From Thecamonas trahens ATCC 50062 (taxonomy: Eukaryota; Protista; Apusomonadida): a stretch of 64,000 bases of DNA. The DNA lies in NCBI RefSeq assembly GCF_000142905.1, contig NW_013657660.1, positions 73,698-137,697 of the forward strand. Direction: 5' to 3'. Below the pieces are notes generated by a model. That model worked only from the letters and a program-made list of their open reading frames with translations, was not told where the DNA came from and searched no databases. Below, piece after piece: positions 15,001-23,933 of this stretch. Both the position numbers and the translations under genes were made by a program. Positions within the stretch are counted from its first letter, which is position 1; each line of letters opens with the position of its first letter.

Positions 15001-16017
15001 CTTGTCTAGCGGAGTCCGCGCCGGTCGCGCCACTGGCCCGCTCCGCCGGTTCTCCTCCACCGCCCGCATCTGCTCAAACCGCAGCATGAGCGCCTCGGCC
15101 TTGCGCTGCAGCGCATCCCGCTCCTCTCCGAGCCGCTCGTTGGCCTCGCGCTCGTCCTCGAGCGAGTGCTCCAGCTCACGGATCCGTCTTGCCGCTGCTA
15201 CCTGGCTTTCTTCGAGTTTGGTCCTCAGCCCGGCTGTTGAGTCGGCGCCGCGCTGTTCCGCACTCGCAGCCTCGGTCTCGAGCGCTACGTTGCGAGCCTC
15301 GACGTTGCGCAGCTGCCGCTCCAGCTGCAACACACGCTCGTCCGCCACCGCCAGTCGCTCCGACAGCGCCGACCGCCGGTGGATCTCCTCGTGGAGTGTC
15401 ACCGATATCGTGTCGAGGTCTGCCACAGCCGACGACGCGTCGGCCTCGGCCTCGAGCGCAACAATCCGCGCTGATGCGTCGTTGCGGTAACTCTCAAACG
15501 TGGTCTGGACTTCCTCCAGCGCCTGCGAGAGCGAGAGCGAGAGCTCTTTCTCCCGTGCCAGCGCGTTGCGGTGTGACTCGAGCAAGTCCTTGGCCTCGCT
15601 CAGCTCAGACTTGAGGCCCTGTGTCGTCGCCACCAGCAGCGACCGCTCGGCACCAAACCGCGCCTCGAGATCGCTCAGCTCCCGGGCATGCTCTGCGCTC
15701 AATGTGTCCAGCGAGTAAAGCGCGCTCTCCAGCTCGCCCTCGTCGTCCGACGACGAGCTTGCCGCCAGCTCCGCGCCTGACCGCGACGAGCCCGGCCCGA
15801 GTGAGAGCAGCGCAAGCTGTGACCGGAGCTTAGCATTGGCTCTGGTCTTTGCCGCGCACGACGACAATAGCGACGCATTAGCCTCCGTCAGCTGAGCCAC
15901 GTTCCCAGCAGCCGCCGACTGCTGCGCCAGCGCCGAAGTCAGCAGCGTCCGGAAGTGCGGGAGACGGTCGGCGGGCAAGTGGCTCTCGCAAAAGAGCGCC
16001 ACAGCTTCCAGCGCCAT
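1..16017 (-). CDS. Giant Ala/Glu-rich coiled-coil protein (>5,300 aa), 3' end beyond the window, interrupted by five apparent single-base frameshifts
   Basis: ATG at 16017 (MALEAVALF). ORF pieces 8569-16017, 8564-8770, 5499-8615, 4777-5625 and 4646-5074, plus a frame from ~4680 to position 1 (…SAKKTAAENMTPTEARFAAMRILGIAQDRMASLR… to …VRHAVQSESAQQAGRLEEY), share heptad composition and motifs (AAAHDRIAELE, GIAQ[GD]RMA). The last frame is inferred open because the ORF track lists no terminated ORF in it. Each junction shifts frame by the same step (~8800, ~8662, ~5666, ~5090, ~4680). Confidence 0.85.
1049..1480. repeat. Internal ~120-bp direct repeat (two copies 312 bp apart) within the giant coiled-coil gene
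   Basis: gcggcgacgtcacaa[tc]cagctc[tc]tcgagcccgtcacgcacgcccaccagcgatgcctggagccg… occurs at ~1049 and ~1361. Confidence 0.8.
8570..9945. repeat. 501-bp (167-aa) near-identical tandem repeat, about 2.5 copies, coding
   Basis: Identical antisense ORFs at 8954-9187 and 9455-9688 give a period of 501. The peptide AAAAAEEKGAET..VQERVAVLEAELSAARDHIAELE…TLRPVAIDKL recurs. Confidence 0.9.
11560..13345. repeat. Coding minisatellite of 21/42-bp units (EAAEAKVAEIEPKL, EAAEAKVAEL, AAAEARVTEL), ~590 aa
   Basis: Repeated ggctcaatctcggcaaccttggcctcggcagcctccag on the + strand, with 7- and 14-aa periodicity in the translation. Confidence 0.95.
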
Positions 16018-16246
16018 GTGCTCTGCGTGACGCTGCGTGTTTGTGTGTGTGCGTGTGTGTGTGTGTATGTATGTGTGTATGCGACTGTTGCTTCTCTGCT
16101 CGCTCGGCTCTGCTCCCACGCCCACGTGCAGTGTCCTTCTCTCGGCTCTCGGTACTCTGCCTGCCTTCGCGCTCGCGCCGAATGCTGAACCGCCGACTAG
16201 GTGAATCGCCCTGAAACCGCACCTCTGCCAAGTGACTTTTACGCTG

Positions 16247-17706
16247 CTACCGCTCGTCACTGTCGGTCGAGTCCATGAACAGTGCATCGATGCGGGTCGG
16301 CGTCGGTGCCTTGGGCTCGTCCAAGGCGAGATGCGAGATGTCGAGCTGGGTCACAGAGGTCTGCCGCCGGCTGGCCATGGGCGTTGCTTCGATGAGCTCT
16401 TGTGCCTCATGGGCGCAGTCGTCCGACGACTCGTCGTGGGCCAGCTCCTTCTCGTTGGCGATGTGCTGGAGCTGCGAGGCGTCAAAGTCGATGTCGTCTG
16501 TCGACGTCTCACCCCCGCCGTGGCCCATCAGCCTGTCCAGGTCATCCAGGTCGTCGATGCTCTCTACCGGTGGCGGGTGCGCTCCGGCAAGCGGCGGCGG
16601 CGGCGGCGGGAGCGAGCCGGTGCTGGCCTCGGCGGCAGGTGCGGCCGGACGCGGCGAAGGCGCAGCACAAGCCTCCTCGGCTGCGTGAGCCTCGCTCGTT
16701 TCATCGCTGCTCGCAAGCCGCGAGCCGTGGACTCGCTCCTCTTCGGTCTTGAGAAAGTCGGGAAAGTCCGGGACCGGCGGCGGCTCGTCGATGGGCGTGT
16801 CTTCGATGACTGGCTCTGGAGCCTTGAGAAACGCGTGTGCCGGATGCAGTTCCGAGCCCAGGTCGCGGGTATGCTCATCTTCGTGCTTACCTGCGACGTG
16901 TGAAATCCAGAACGCCACCTCGCCCACGCGGACCGAGTACGGCGGCAGCGGCGTGCCGAGCATCGGGTCCCACATCGCCGCCAGCGCCGGCGCGAGCTTC
17001 TTGCCGAGGGCGTAGTACCGCCGCGCGAGAAGCGGCCTGTTTGTCAGCACCGCCGTATACGCCAGCAGCCGGTACGCACGCGACAGATAAATGGCGTCCA
17101 TCGACGCCGCTCGGATGTACGCAATGAGGTCCTTGCGCGCCTTGGACACCGCGTCGGCGTCGCCGAGACAGATCAGTGCGTTGGCCCGAAAGTACGGCGC
17201 CGGCGAGAGGTCATCGTCGGCCTGCAGTGCAACAGCCATCGACAGGTCGTACACTGCCAGCCGGAGGCCCTTGTCCTTGGCCGACGGCACACGGTGCTGC
17301 CGCGCCCGATTGTACCGCACCACCCCGCGGAGGAACCAGAGCAGGCCGTCGTTGGGATAAGCCTCGATGGCCGCGGTCAGCGCTTTGGTCGCCTTTGGCC
17401 GCGAGACCACAAACGAGGTTAGCACTGCCGAGGCCCGCGGCGGGACCTCGGGATCCGACGCCAGCATCGCCAGCAGCTGCGGGCTCAGCCCACCCCCGGC
17501 GCGCCCCTCAGCTTCTCCTGCTCCAGTCGCAGCGCCTCCGCCAGCTTGGCTCCAGCCGTGGCGGGGTCCCACTCTGCCATCTCCCGCGCTTCTTCCACAC
17601 ACGAAACTGCATGTCGCCACTGTGCGTAGGCCGAGCCGAGCGGTGCACCCGGCAGAGGCAGGCCGACATCGGCCAGCTCCACCTCGTACTGCGCGAGCGC
17701 GTTCAT
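16247..17706 (-). CDS. TPR-like helical-repeat protein with acidic, Pro-rich disordered C-terminus (one apparent frameshift near 17495)
   Basis: TPR-like helices GLLWFLRGVVRYNR…LAVYDLSMAVAL…PAPYFRANALICLGD…ARKDL. The listed ORF begins at TTG. The protein-like frame 17485-17706 (MNALAQYEVELAD…EQEKLRGAPG) joins it if one G is added to a G run. Start is uncertain. Confidence 0.6.
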
Positions 17707-17796
17707 CGCCACTCACCCGCCGCAACAAGCTCAACAAGCTCAGCGCCCGTGACAAAGGACGTCAGGTAGAAGTAAACGCGTGTGAGTGAGCGAGAA

Positions 17797-17828
<32 letters not shown>

Positions 17829-17976
17829 GTCTGGAAGCGTCGAGAGTGTATCCGCATTCACCCTCACACCACCTGGCCTCTGCCCGCGTCGGCTGTCGGA
17901 CCGCCGTCCGCCGGCTCACGCCAACCGCTCAACCGCCGACCAACAACCGCCCAATGGTACCCCCCCATTACTGCCA

Positions 17977-20900
17977 ATGGCCACCACCAATGGACAGTCG
18001 GCTGGCAGGCCACAGTTCTCTCGCAGCATGAGTCGCTCCGGCCGCAGAGACTCGTTCCGCGAGCCGGTCACAGCCGACGAGGCTAATGCTATTGCTAAGC
18101 GTGTACGCCTGCCAGATTGTTCTTCCCCTCTCTCCTTCCCTGCCTGCCCTCTTTTTGTCCTTGCATTGCCCAGAGGCAGCAGCAAAAGGCCGTGCGGCGT
18201 GCCGAGCCGGTGATGGCCAAATTCAGGTGAAAGGCTGGCATTTTTTCGCCCTGTCTCCCTCGCCTTCCTCGCCTTCCTCGCCCTCCCCACACTGCTAGCG
18301 CCACACCACAGCCACCCACCACCTTGCTCGAGACAGCTTTGGTGCAGTTGTAGAAGACCATCCCCCCCTCCCCTCTGCTAGTTTGCCATGCCCATCTGAC
18401 GCATGGCGTCGGCTACGCTCCGTTCCCAGCACCTGATCACGATCACCGGGTGAACTCACCGACGCCGACGACCCCCAGACCTTCACCAAGTGGATCAACT
18501 CGCAGGTGGAGAAGCATGGGCTCAATGTGGACGATTTGGCGACGGACTTGGACACAGGAGTGGTCCTTTGTATTTTGCTGGAGGAGTTGTCGGGCATGAA
18601 CGTCGGCCCGTACACCACCAAGGTTAAGAACCAGTTCATGGGCACCGCCAACCTCAACACAGCCATGACCTTCCTCATGGACACCGCCAAGATTCCGCTC
18701 GTCAACATCGGTGCCGAAGACATCCAGCACCACAACCTCAAAATCATCATGGGCCTCATCTGGCAGCTCATCATCCGGTTCGAGCTGCAGGGCGAGGACG
18801 GCAAGGGCGGCGAGAAGGCCGCCAAGTCGGCCATGCTCTCGTGGATCCACGACACGCTCGGCGCCATGGGTAACGACATGCGCATCGACGACTTTAAGCG
18901 CTCATTCATGGACGGCAAGGCCTTTCTTGCCATCCTGCACTCGCTCGACCCGAGTCTGCTCACCGAGGAGCAGCTGGCGTGCGACGATGCCCGGACCAAC
19001 CTTGAGCTCGCCTTTTCGCTTGCCGAGGAGCACTTTGGCGTCGCACGCATCCTTGACGTCGAGGACATGCTCAACGGCGGTGACGAGCGCGCCGTCCTCA
19101 CCTATGTCTCACAAATCTTCAAGGCCCAGCGCGCCATGTCCGAGGCCAAGATGAAGGATCTGGAGGCGCTGCGCGCTGCCCATGCCGCCGAGCAAGCGTC
19201 CAAGGCCGAGCTGGAGACCTCGCTTGGCGACGCCGAGGCCCGCATCCTCGCTCTCGAGGCCCGCATCGACGAGCTGGAGAAGGCGTTGGCTGAGTCGGAG
19301 GACGACTCGGCCGCCAAGGCTGCCCAGATTGCCGATCTTCGCGAGCAGCTGGCTGCCGCCAAGGCTCAGGCCGCCGACGCCGACGCCGGCGCCGCTCAGG
19401 CCCTGGCCGACCTCAAGGCCGAGCTCGACGCTCTTGATGCCAAGGCTGCTGCCAAGGCTGCCGAGGTCGAGAAGCTGCAGCGCGAGCTCGCCGCCGAGCG
19501 GAGCAAGGCCGAGACCGCCGAAGACGAGGCTGTACGAGGCCGCCGCCGTGCCAACACGCTCTCTTCAGAGCTCGAGGAAGCCGTCGGCGAGGCCGACGGC
19601 GCCAAGGCTGCGCTTTCGGACGCCAAGTCGAAGATTCGCTCGCTCGGCAGCGCACTTGCCGACGCCGAAGCTAACAACAAGCGCCTCGCTGCCGACCTTG
19701 CCCGTGCCCGTGACGACCTCGAGGACGCACAGGCGACGCCGACGCTAGACCTCTCCAAGTACGCGCCGCGCTCCGAGCTCGACGCTGCGCTCCGCGATCT
19801 TGTCGATGCCCGTAACGAGGGCGAGCTGGCAAAGGCCAAGGCTAGAGCGGCAGAGGCCCGCCTGGCCGAGTCTGAGGACGAGCTGGCCAGCCTCCGCCGT
19901 GAGGCCGACAAGGCTAAGCGTGCCGCCAAAGAGGCCAAGTCGGCCGTGCGCGAGACCGAGGACGCGCTGCTCCGTGCCAAGTCCTCGCGTCCGCGGGCCG
20001 GCTCGGTCGTCGACGTCTCCAAAGTCCGTGCCAAGGACCGCGAGCTCGCTGCTGCTGCTGCCGCAGCCGCCGACAAGGACGCCGAGATTGCCCGCCTCCG
20101 TAGTAAGCTGGAAGAGGCCCTCGGCGAGCTTGCCCGCGAGCGGAAGACCTCGCAGCGCCGCTCGCGCGCGCTCTCACAGGCGCCCCTCCCGCAGGATCTT
20201 GATGACGTTTCGGACGAGCTCGACGCTGCTCGCCGTAAGCTCCGCAAGCTCGAGCGCGACAACGCCGATCTGATGGCGCGCCTGGCCGAGGCCGAGGCGC
20301 TTATCGACTCTGCGTCCGGCGCCAATGCTACTCTCAAGGCCAACGCCGAGGCCCAAGTCCGCCAGCTCCGCGACGCGCTGCAGGGCCAGCTCAACGCTGC
20401 GCTCCTCACCAAGGACCGCGAGCTGGCGCGAGTGACCGAGGAGCGCGACGACGCCGCCGCCGACCGCGACGCCGCCGCCGCCGCTGCCGCTGCCGCTGCC
20501 AAGGAGAACAACCTACTGAGCACACGCGCGGCCGAGCTCGAGGCTGAGCTGGCCAAGGCCAAGGCCGACGCTGCAGACAAGCTCGCGCGGACCAAGCGGA
20601 AGCTAGAGGACCAGATTCGCTCGCTCCGGGAGGGCCAGCGCGGCTCGGTCACGCTCAACAACCACAATCTCGAGCTCATCGAGCAGCTCAAGGCCACCAA
20701 CCGCAAGCTCAAGGAGGAGGCCCAGGCCCGTGAGGGCCGACTCTCGTCGCTGCAGGCCGAGCTCTCGGCAGCGCTCGCCGAGGCTGCCCGTGCCGAGACC
20801 AAGGCCGACACGCTCGCGGCCGACGCGTCGCGGATGAAGGCCCGACTCGGCGACCTCTCGTCCAAGCTCGAGGCGTCGGGCCTCGAGCTCTCCCGCGCGC

Positions 20901-21751
20901 AGAGCGAGATGACGCGGACCGTTGCCGAGCTCAATGCCAAGGACGCTCGGATCAAGTCGGTCGAGGCCCAGATGGCGGCTGCTGAGGACCGGGTCACCGA
21001 CGAGCGCGAAAAGGCACGCCGCGCCGAAACTCGCGCCATCGAGGCCGAGGCTGAAGTTGACGCGCTCAAGGCGCTGGCCAAGCGCAAGGCTAACGCCAAG
21101 TCGGCATACGACGTCTCGGAGCTCCTCGCCCAGATCGACGCGCTCAAGAAGGAGAAGATCACCCTCCGCAAAAAGTGGAAGAAGGCTCGGACCCGCGCAG
21201 ACGTCGCGTCCAGCGAGGCCGCCTCGGCGTCGACTCGCGCCGCCGAGGCATCGTCGGCTCTGGCCACCGCACAGGCGGATCTCCGCTCGGCCAAGGCCAC
21301 CGCCGAAGACGCGACCCGCAAGGTCGCCTCGCTCGAGCATGCCCTCACCCGCGCCCACGACGACGCCGACGCCGCCAACGAGAAGCTTGCCCGTCGCGAG
21401 GATGAGCGCACCATCCTCACCGCCCGCGTCGCCGACCTCGAGCTTGCCGTCGCCCGCAACCGCAACCCGACTGGCGTCGATCCCGACGAGCTCCTCGCTG
21501 CCAAGCGCGCCGCTGACGCCGAGGCCGCCCGCCTCCGCGCCGACGTCGCCCATCTCAGCTCGCTCCTCGACGACGTCAAGTCGCGCCTTTCGTCGGAGAC
21601 CCGCCTCCGCGGCGACGCAGAGCGCGGCGCAGGCGAAGCCCAGGACGCAGTCCGCCGCATGGAGCGCAAGATTAAGCGCCTCCAAGGCGCCGTCTCGGGC
21701 CTCGAGACCGAGCTCGAGGACGAGCGCCGGCTCAGGTTGCGCGCTCGCTGA
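17977..21751 (+). CDS. Alpha-actinin-type tandem calponin-homology actin-binding domain plus long coiled coil (cortexillin/interaptin-like); join(17977..18102,18479..21751), ~1132 aa
   Basis: Splicing restores the CH1 signature AKR|TFTKWINSQ. Also DLATDLDTGVVLCILLEELSG, LVNIGAEDI, LGLIWQLI-like MGLIWQLIIRF, and CH2 motifs MLSWIH, DFKRSFMDGKAFLAILH, NLELAFSLAEEHFGVARILDVED, DERAVLTYVS. No spectrin repeats or EF-hands recognised. Confidence 0.9.
18103..18478 (+). other. Spliceosomal intron (phase 0)
   Basis: GTACGC donor and CCCCCAG acceptor; removal joins the exons in frame and completes the CH1 motif. Confidence 0.88.
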
Positions 21752-21898
21752 ACGACGTCGAAACTTGCGGTCACCCGCAGCCGCACGGCACGGACCTGAC
21801 GCCCGGCCACCACTGACCCACGCCGCCCGCCAAACCCATACACACACACTTGTCCTTTCACCACCACCACCTTCCCTTCACTCACACACCAACCACTC

Positions 21899-23062
21899 AT
21901 GCTTCGCCTCGCGCTTACCGCGCCCCTGGCAGCATTCCGTCCAGCCGCGGCAGCCGCCGCCGCCGCGCCGCACCTGGCCCGCGCCGCGTCATCCACCCGG
22001 TCGTCGGCGGCGGCGACGACGACGTCTGTGCTCGGCAGCCGAAGCGCCGTGGCTCGGGCTCGTCGGCGGGCTGACGAAGCCGACAAGGCCGCCGGCATTG
22101 TGAGCAGACGGTCCGGGCAGGCGCTCGAGTGGTTTGAGGATAGAAAGCCGATGCGGCGGCTGGCGGCGGCGGCAGTAAGCTCGTCGACGGCGGCGGTGGC
22201 CGGCGGCCGCGAACTGCTGGGCGATCTGTGGCTGGGATGTGTCCGGCTCTTCCGCAACGCCCGGCTGACGGCTCGACTCGAGGCGCAGACGGCAGATGCG
22301 GTGCGGAAGCGGTTCTCGCGTCGCCGGAGGCAGCGGTTTGTGGACAAGACGTATGCCGATCTCAAGCGGCTCGTGCCGTTCGCCCTCCTCAAGGTCATGC
22401 CCATGTCGACCGTCACCCTCCCGCTGGCCATCAAGGCCTTTCCTTCGCTCCTGCCGTCGACCTTTAAGCTCCGCATCCTCGGCGGATCGAGCGCCGAGTC
22501 GCGGGCGCAAGCGGCGGCCAAGGCGCGGTCGGCGGCGGCGGCCATGATCGCCAAGCTGCGGCTCGGCGAGCTCGCCCTCTCAGACCATGCCTTCCGGGCG
22601 CTGACCTCGGAGCAGATGGCGCCGCTGCGGTATGTCCGCCGCGGCTCGCCGGTCTCGGCAGACGACATCATCGGCAACGAGTCTGTGTTTGTCGAGCACA
22701 TGCGCCTGCCGGCCGCCCCGACTCCAGCACTCAAGTCACTGGCTGCAAGGATGGGCCTGCCCATGTGGGGCCCACGCTGGGTTGTCTACACCCGCCTCCT
22801 CCGCCACTTTAACCACATCATCCGCGACTCGGCCCTCATCCACGCCGAGGGCATGCATGCGCTCTCCCACGACGAGCTCATTGTCGCCGCCCGCGAGCGC
22901 GGCCTCCGCATCGAGGGTCTTACCGAGGCTCACATCGTTGCTGCCATCCGCGAGTTTAACAAGCTCGCCGCACACTCGCCGGCTCTTGTCTCTTCGCTGC
23001 TGCTCTTTGCCCATGGCAACTGCATCACCGAGTTGTGGCTTGCTCCGTCGACCCGGTTGTGA
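21899..23062 (+). CDS. LETM1/Mdm38-family mitochondrial inner-membrane protein
   Basis: Arg/Ala/Ser-rich presequence. DLKRLVPFALLKVMP…LPLAIKAFPSLLPSTF matches the LETM1 membrane motif (DLFRLVPF…LPVAVKLFPNMLPSTF). RDSALIHAEGMHALSHDELIVAARERGL matches the LETM1 ribosome-binding domain. Confidence 0.88.
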   Translation: MLRLALTAPLAAFRPAAAAAAAAPHLARAASSTRSSAAATTTSVLGSRSAVARARRRADEADKAAGIVSRRSGQALEWFEDRKPMRRLAAAAVSSSTAAVAGGRELLGDLWLGCVRLFRNARLTARLEAQTADAVRKRFSRRRRQRFVDKTYADLKRLVPFALLKVMPMSTVTLPLAIKAFPSLLPSTFKLRILGGSSAESRAQAAAKARSAAAAMIAKLRLGELALSDHAFRALTSEQMAPLRYVRRGSPVSADDIIGNESVFVEHMRLPAAPTPALKSLAARMGLPMWGPRWVVYTRLLRHFNHIIRDSALIHAEGMHALSHDELIVAARERGLRIEGLTEAHIVAAIREFNKLAAHSPALVSSLLLFAHGNCITELWLAPSTRL

Positions 23063-23068
23063 GCGTGC

Positions 23069-23605
23069 TCAGCTCGAGCCTAGGCGAGAGCTCGAGCTCG
23101 GGCTCGACGAGCGGTCCGAGTCGGAGAGGCCGTCGCCATCAGTATCGATGGAGAGATGCGCCCGTTCGGCGCCATGGTGCGGGGTGTGGTGCATGCCGTC
23201 GGCGTCTGACGACTGCGAGCGGAGGAATGTCGACATGAGGACCTCCTCCTCCTCCTTGCGCTTCTTGACCTCGACTCGCTTGGGGATGATGCGGCAGCAC
23301 CCGTTCCACAGCACGAACAAAGCAAGCAGACCCACAAAGACCACCGCAGCCATGAGCCCGATCCAGGTGCCGAGGTACACCTTTGAGTCTTCGGTGACCG
23401 GCGAGAGCGACGGCGGCGGCGGCGGCGCATTGGCCTGCACCACCGCAGCCATGTCCACTACGCAAACAACCACAAGGGCGCAAGCCACACACCAGTCGCC
23501 ACGCCACGCTACCACTGCGCCACCTTGGCTCTGGCGGCTGGGCGTGGTGCTGCCGCTGACGCTGGTTGTCGTCCAGCGAGTCAGCCACCGGCCAGTCGCC
23601 GTCAT
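23069..23605 (-). CDS. Small membrane protein of unknown function
   Basis: Hydrophobic segments CVACALVVVCVV and LGTWIGLMAAVVFVGLLALFVLW, followed by CC and a basic stop-transfer (KRVEVKKRK). Confidence 0.6.
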   Translation of the reverse strand: MTATGRWLTRWTTTSVSGSTTPSRQSQGGAVVAWRGDWCVACALVVVCVVDMAAVVQANAPPPPPSLSPVTEDSKVYLGTWIGLMAAVVFVGLLALFVLWNGCCRIIPKRVEVKKRKEEEEVLMSTFLRSQSSDADGMHHTPHHGAERAHLSIDTDGDGLSDSDRSSSPSSSSRLGSS

Positions 23606-23933
23606 AGGGAAAGTGTGCGGTGGGATGTGTGTGTGTGTGTGTGTGTGGTGGGGGTAGGGGGGGGGGGGAGGGAGGGAAGGGAGGGAGGGTGGAGGGTGGA
23701 GGTGGTGGGGGAGGGGGAGCAGGTGGGGGTGGCGAGGGGGGGGAGGGGCAGTGTCCAGCCCTGGGCGGCGATCAGGGGGGACGTGATCAAGGCGGGGCGG
23801 AGCGGGGGCAACAGGAAAAGGGCTTCAACTCGGACCACTCAGCGCTCCTTCCTCCCCCTCACCACCACCACCACCACCACCACCACCACCACCACCGCCA
23901 CCACCGCCACCACTCATCCATTCCTCTCCCGTC

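Noticed and set aside
19396-22764. 1122-aa antisense ORF, and similar long Ser/Ala/Arg- or Leu-rich ORFs such as 11453-13618, 4263-5852, 56157-57596 and 61561-62844
   Set aside because: Shadow ORFs produced by high GC and biased codon usage opposite real genes; low complexity and no motifs
23005-23020. X-box-like half-site (ccatggcaac) about 0.9 kb upstream of CATSPERG
   Set aside because: Lies inside the LETM1-like coding sequence, is an imperfect palindrome and is expected by chance
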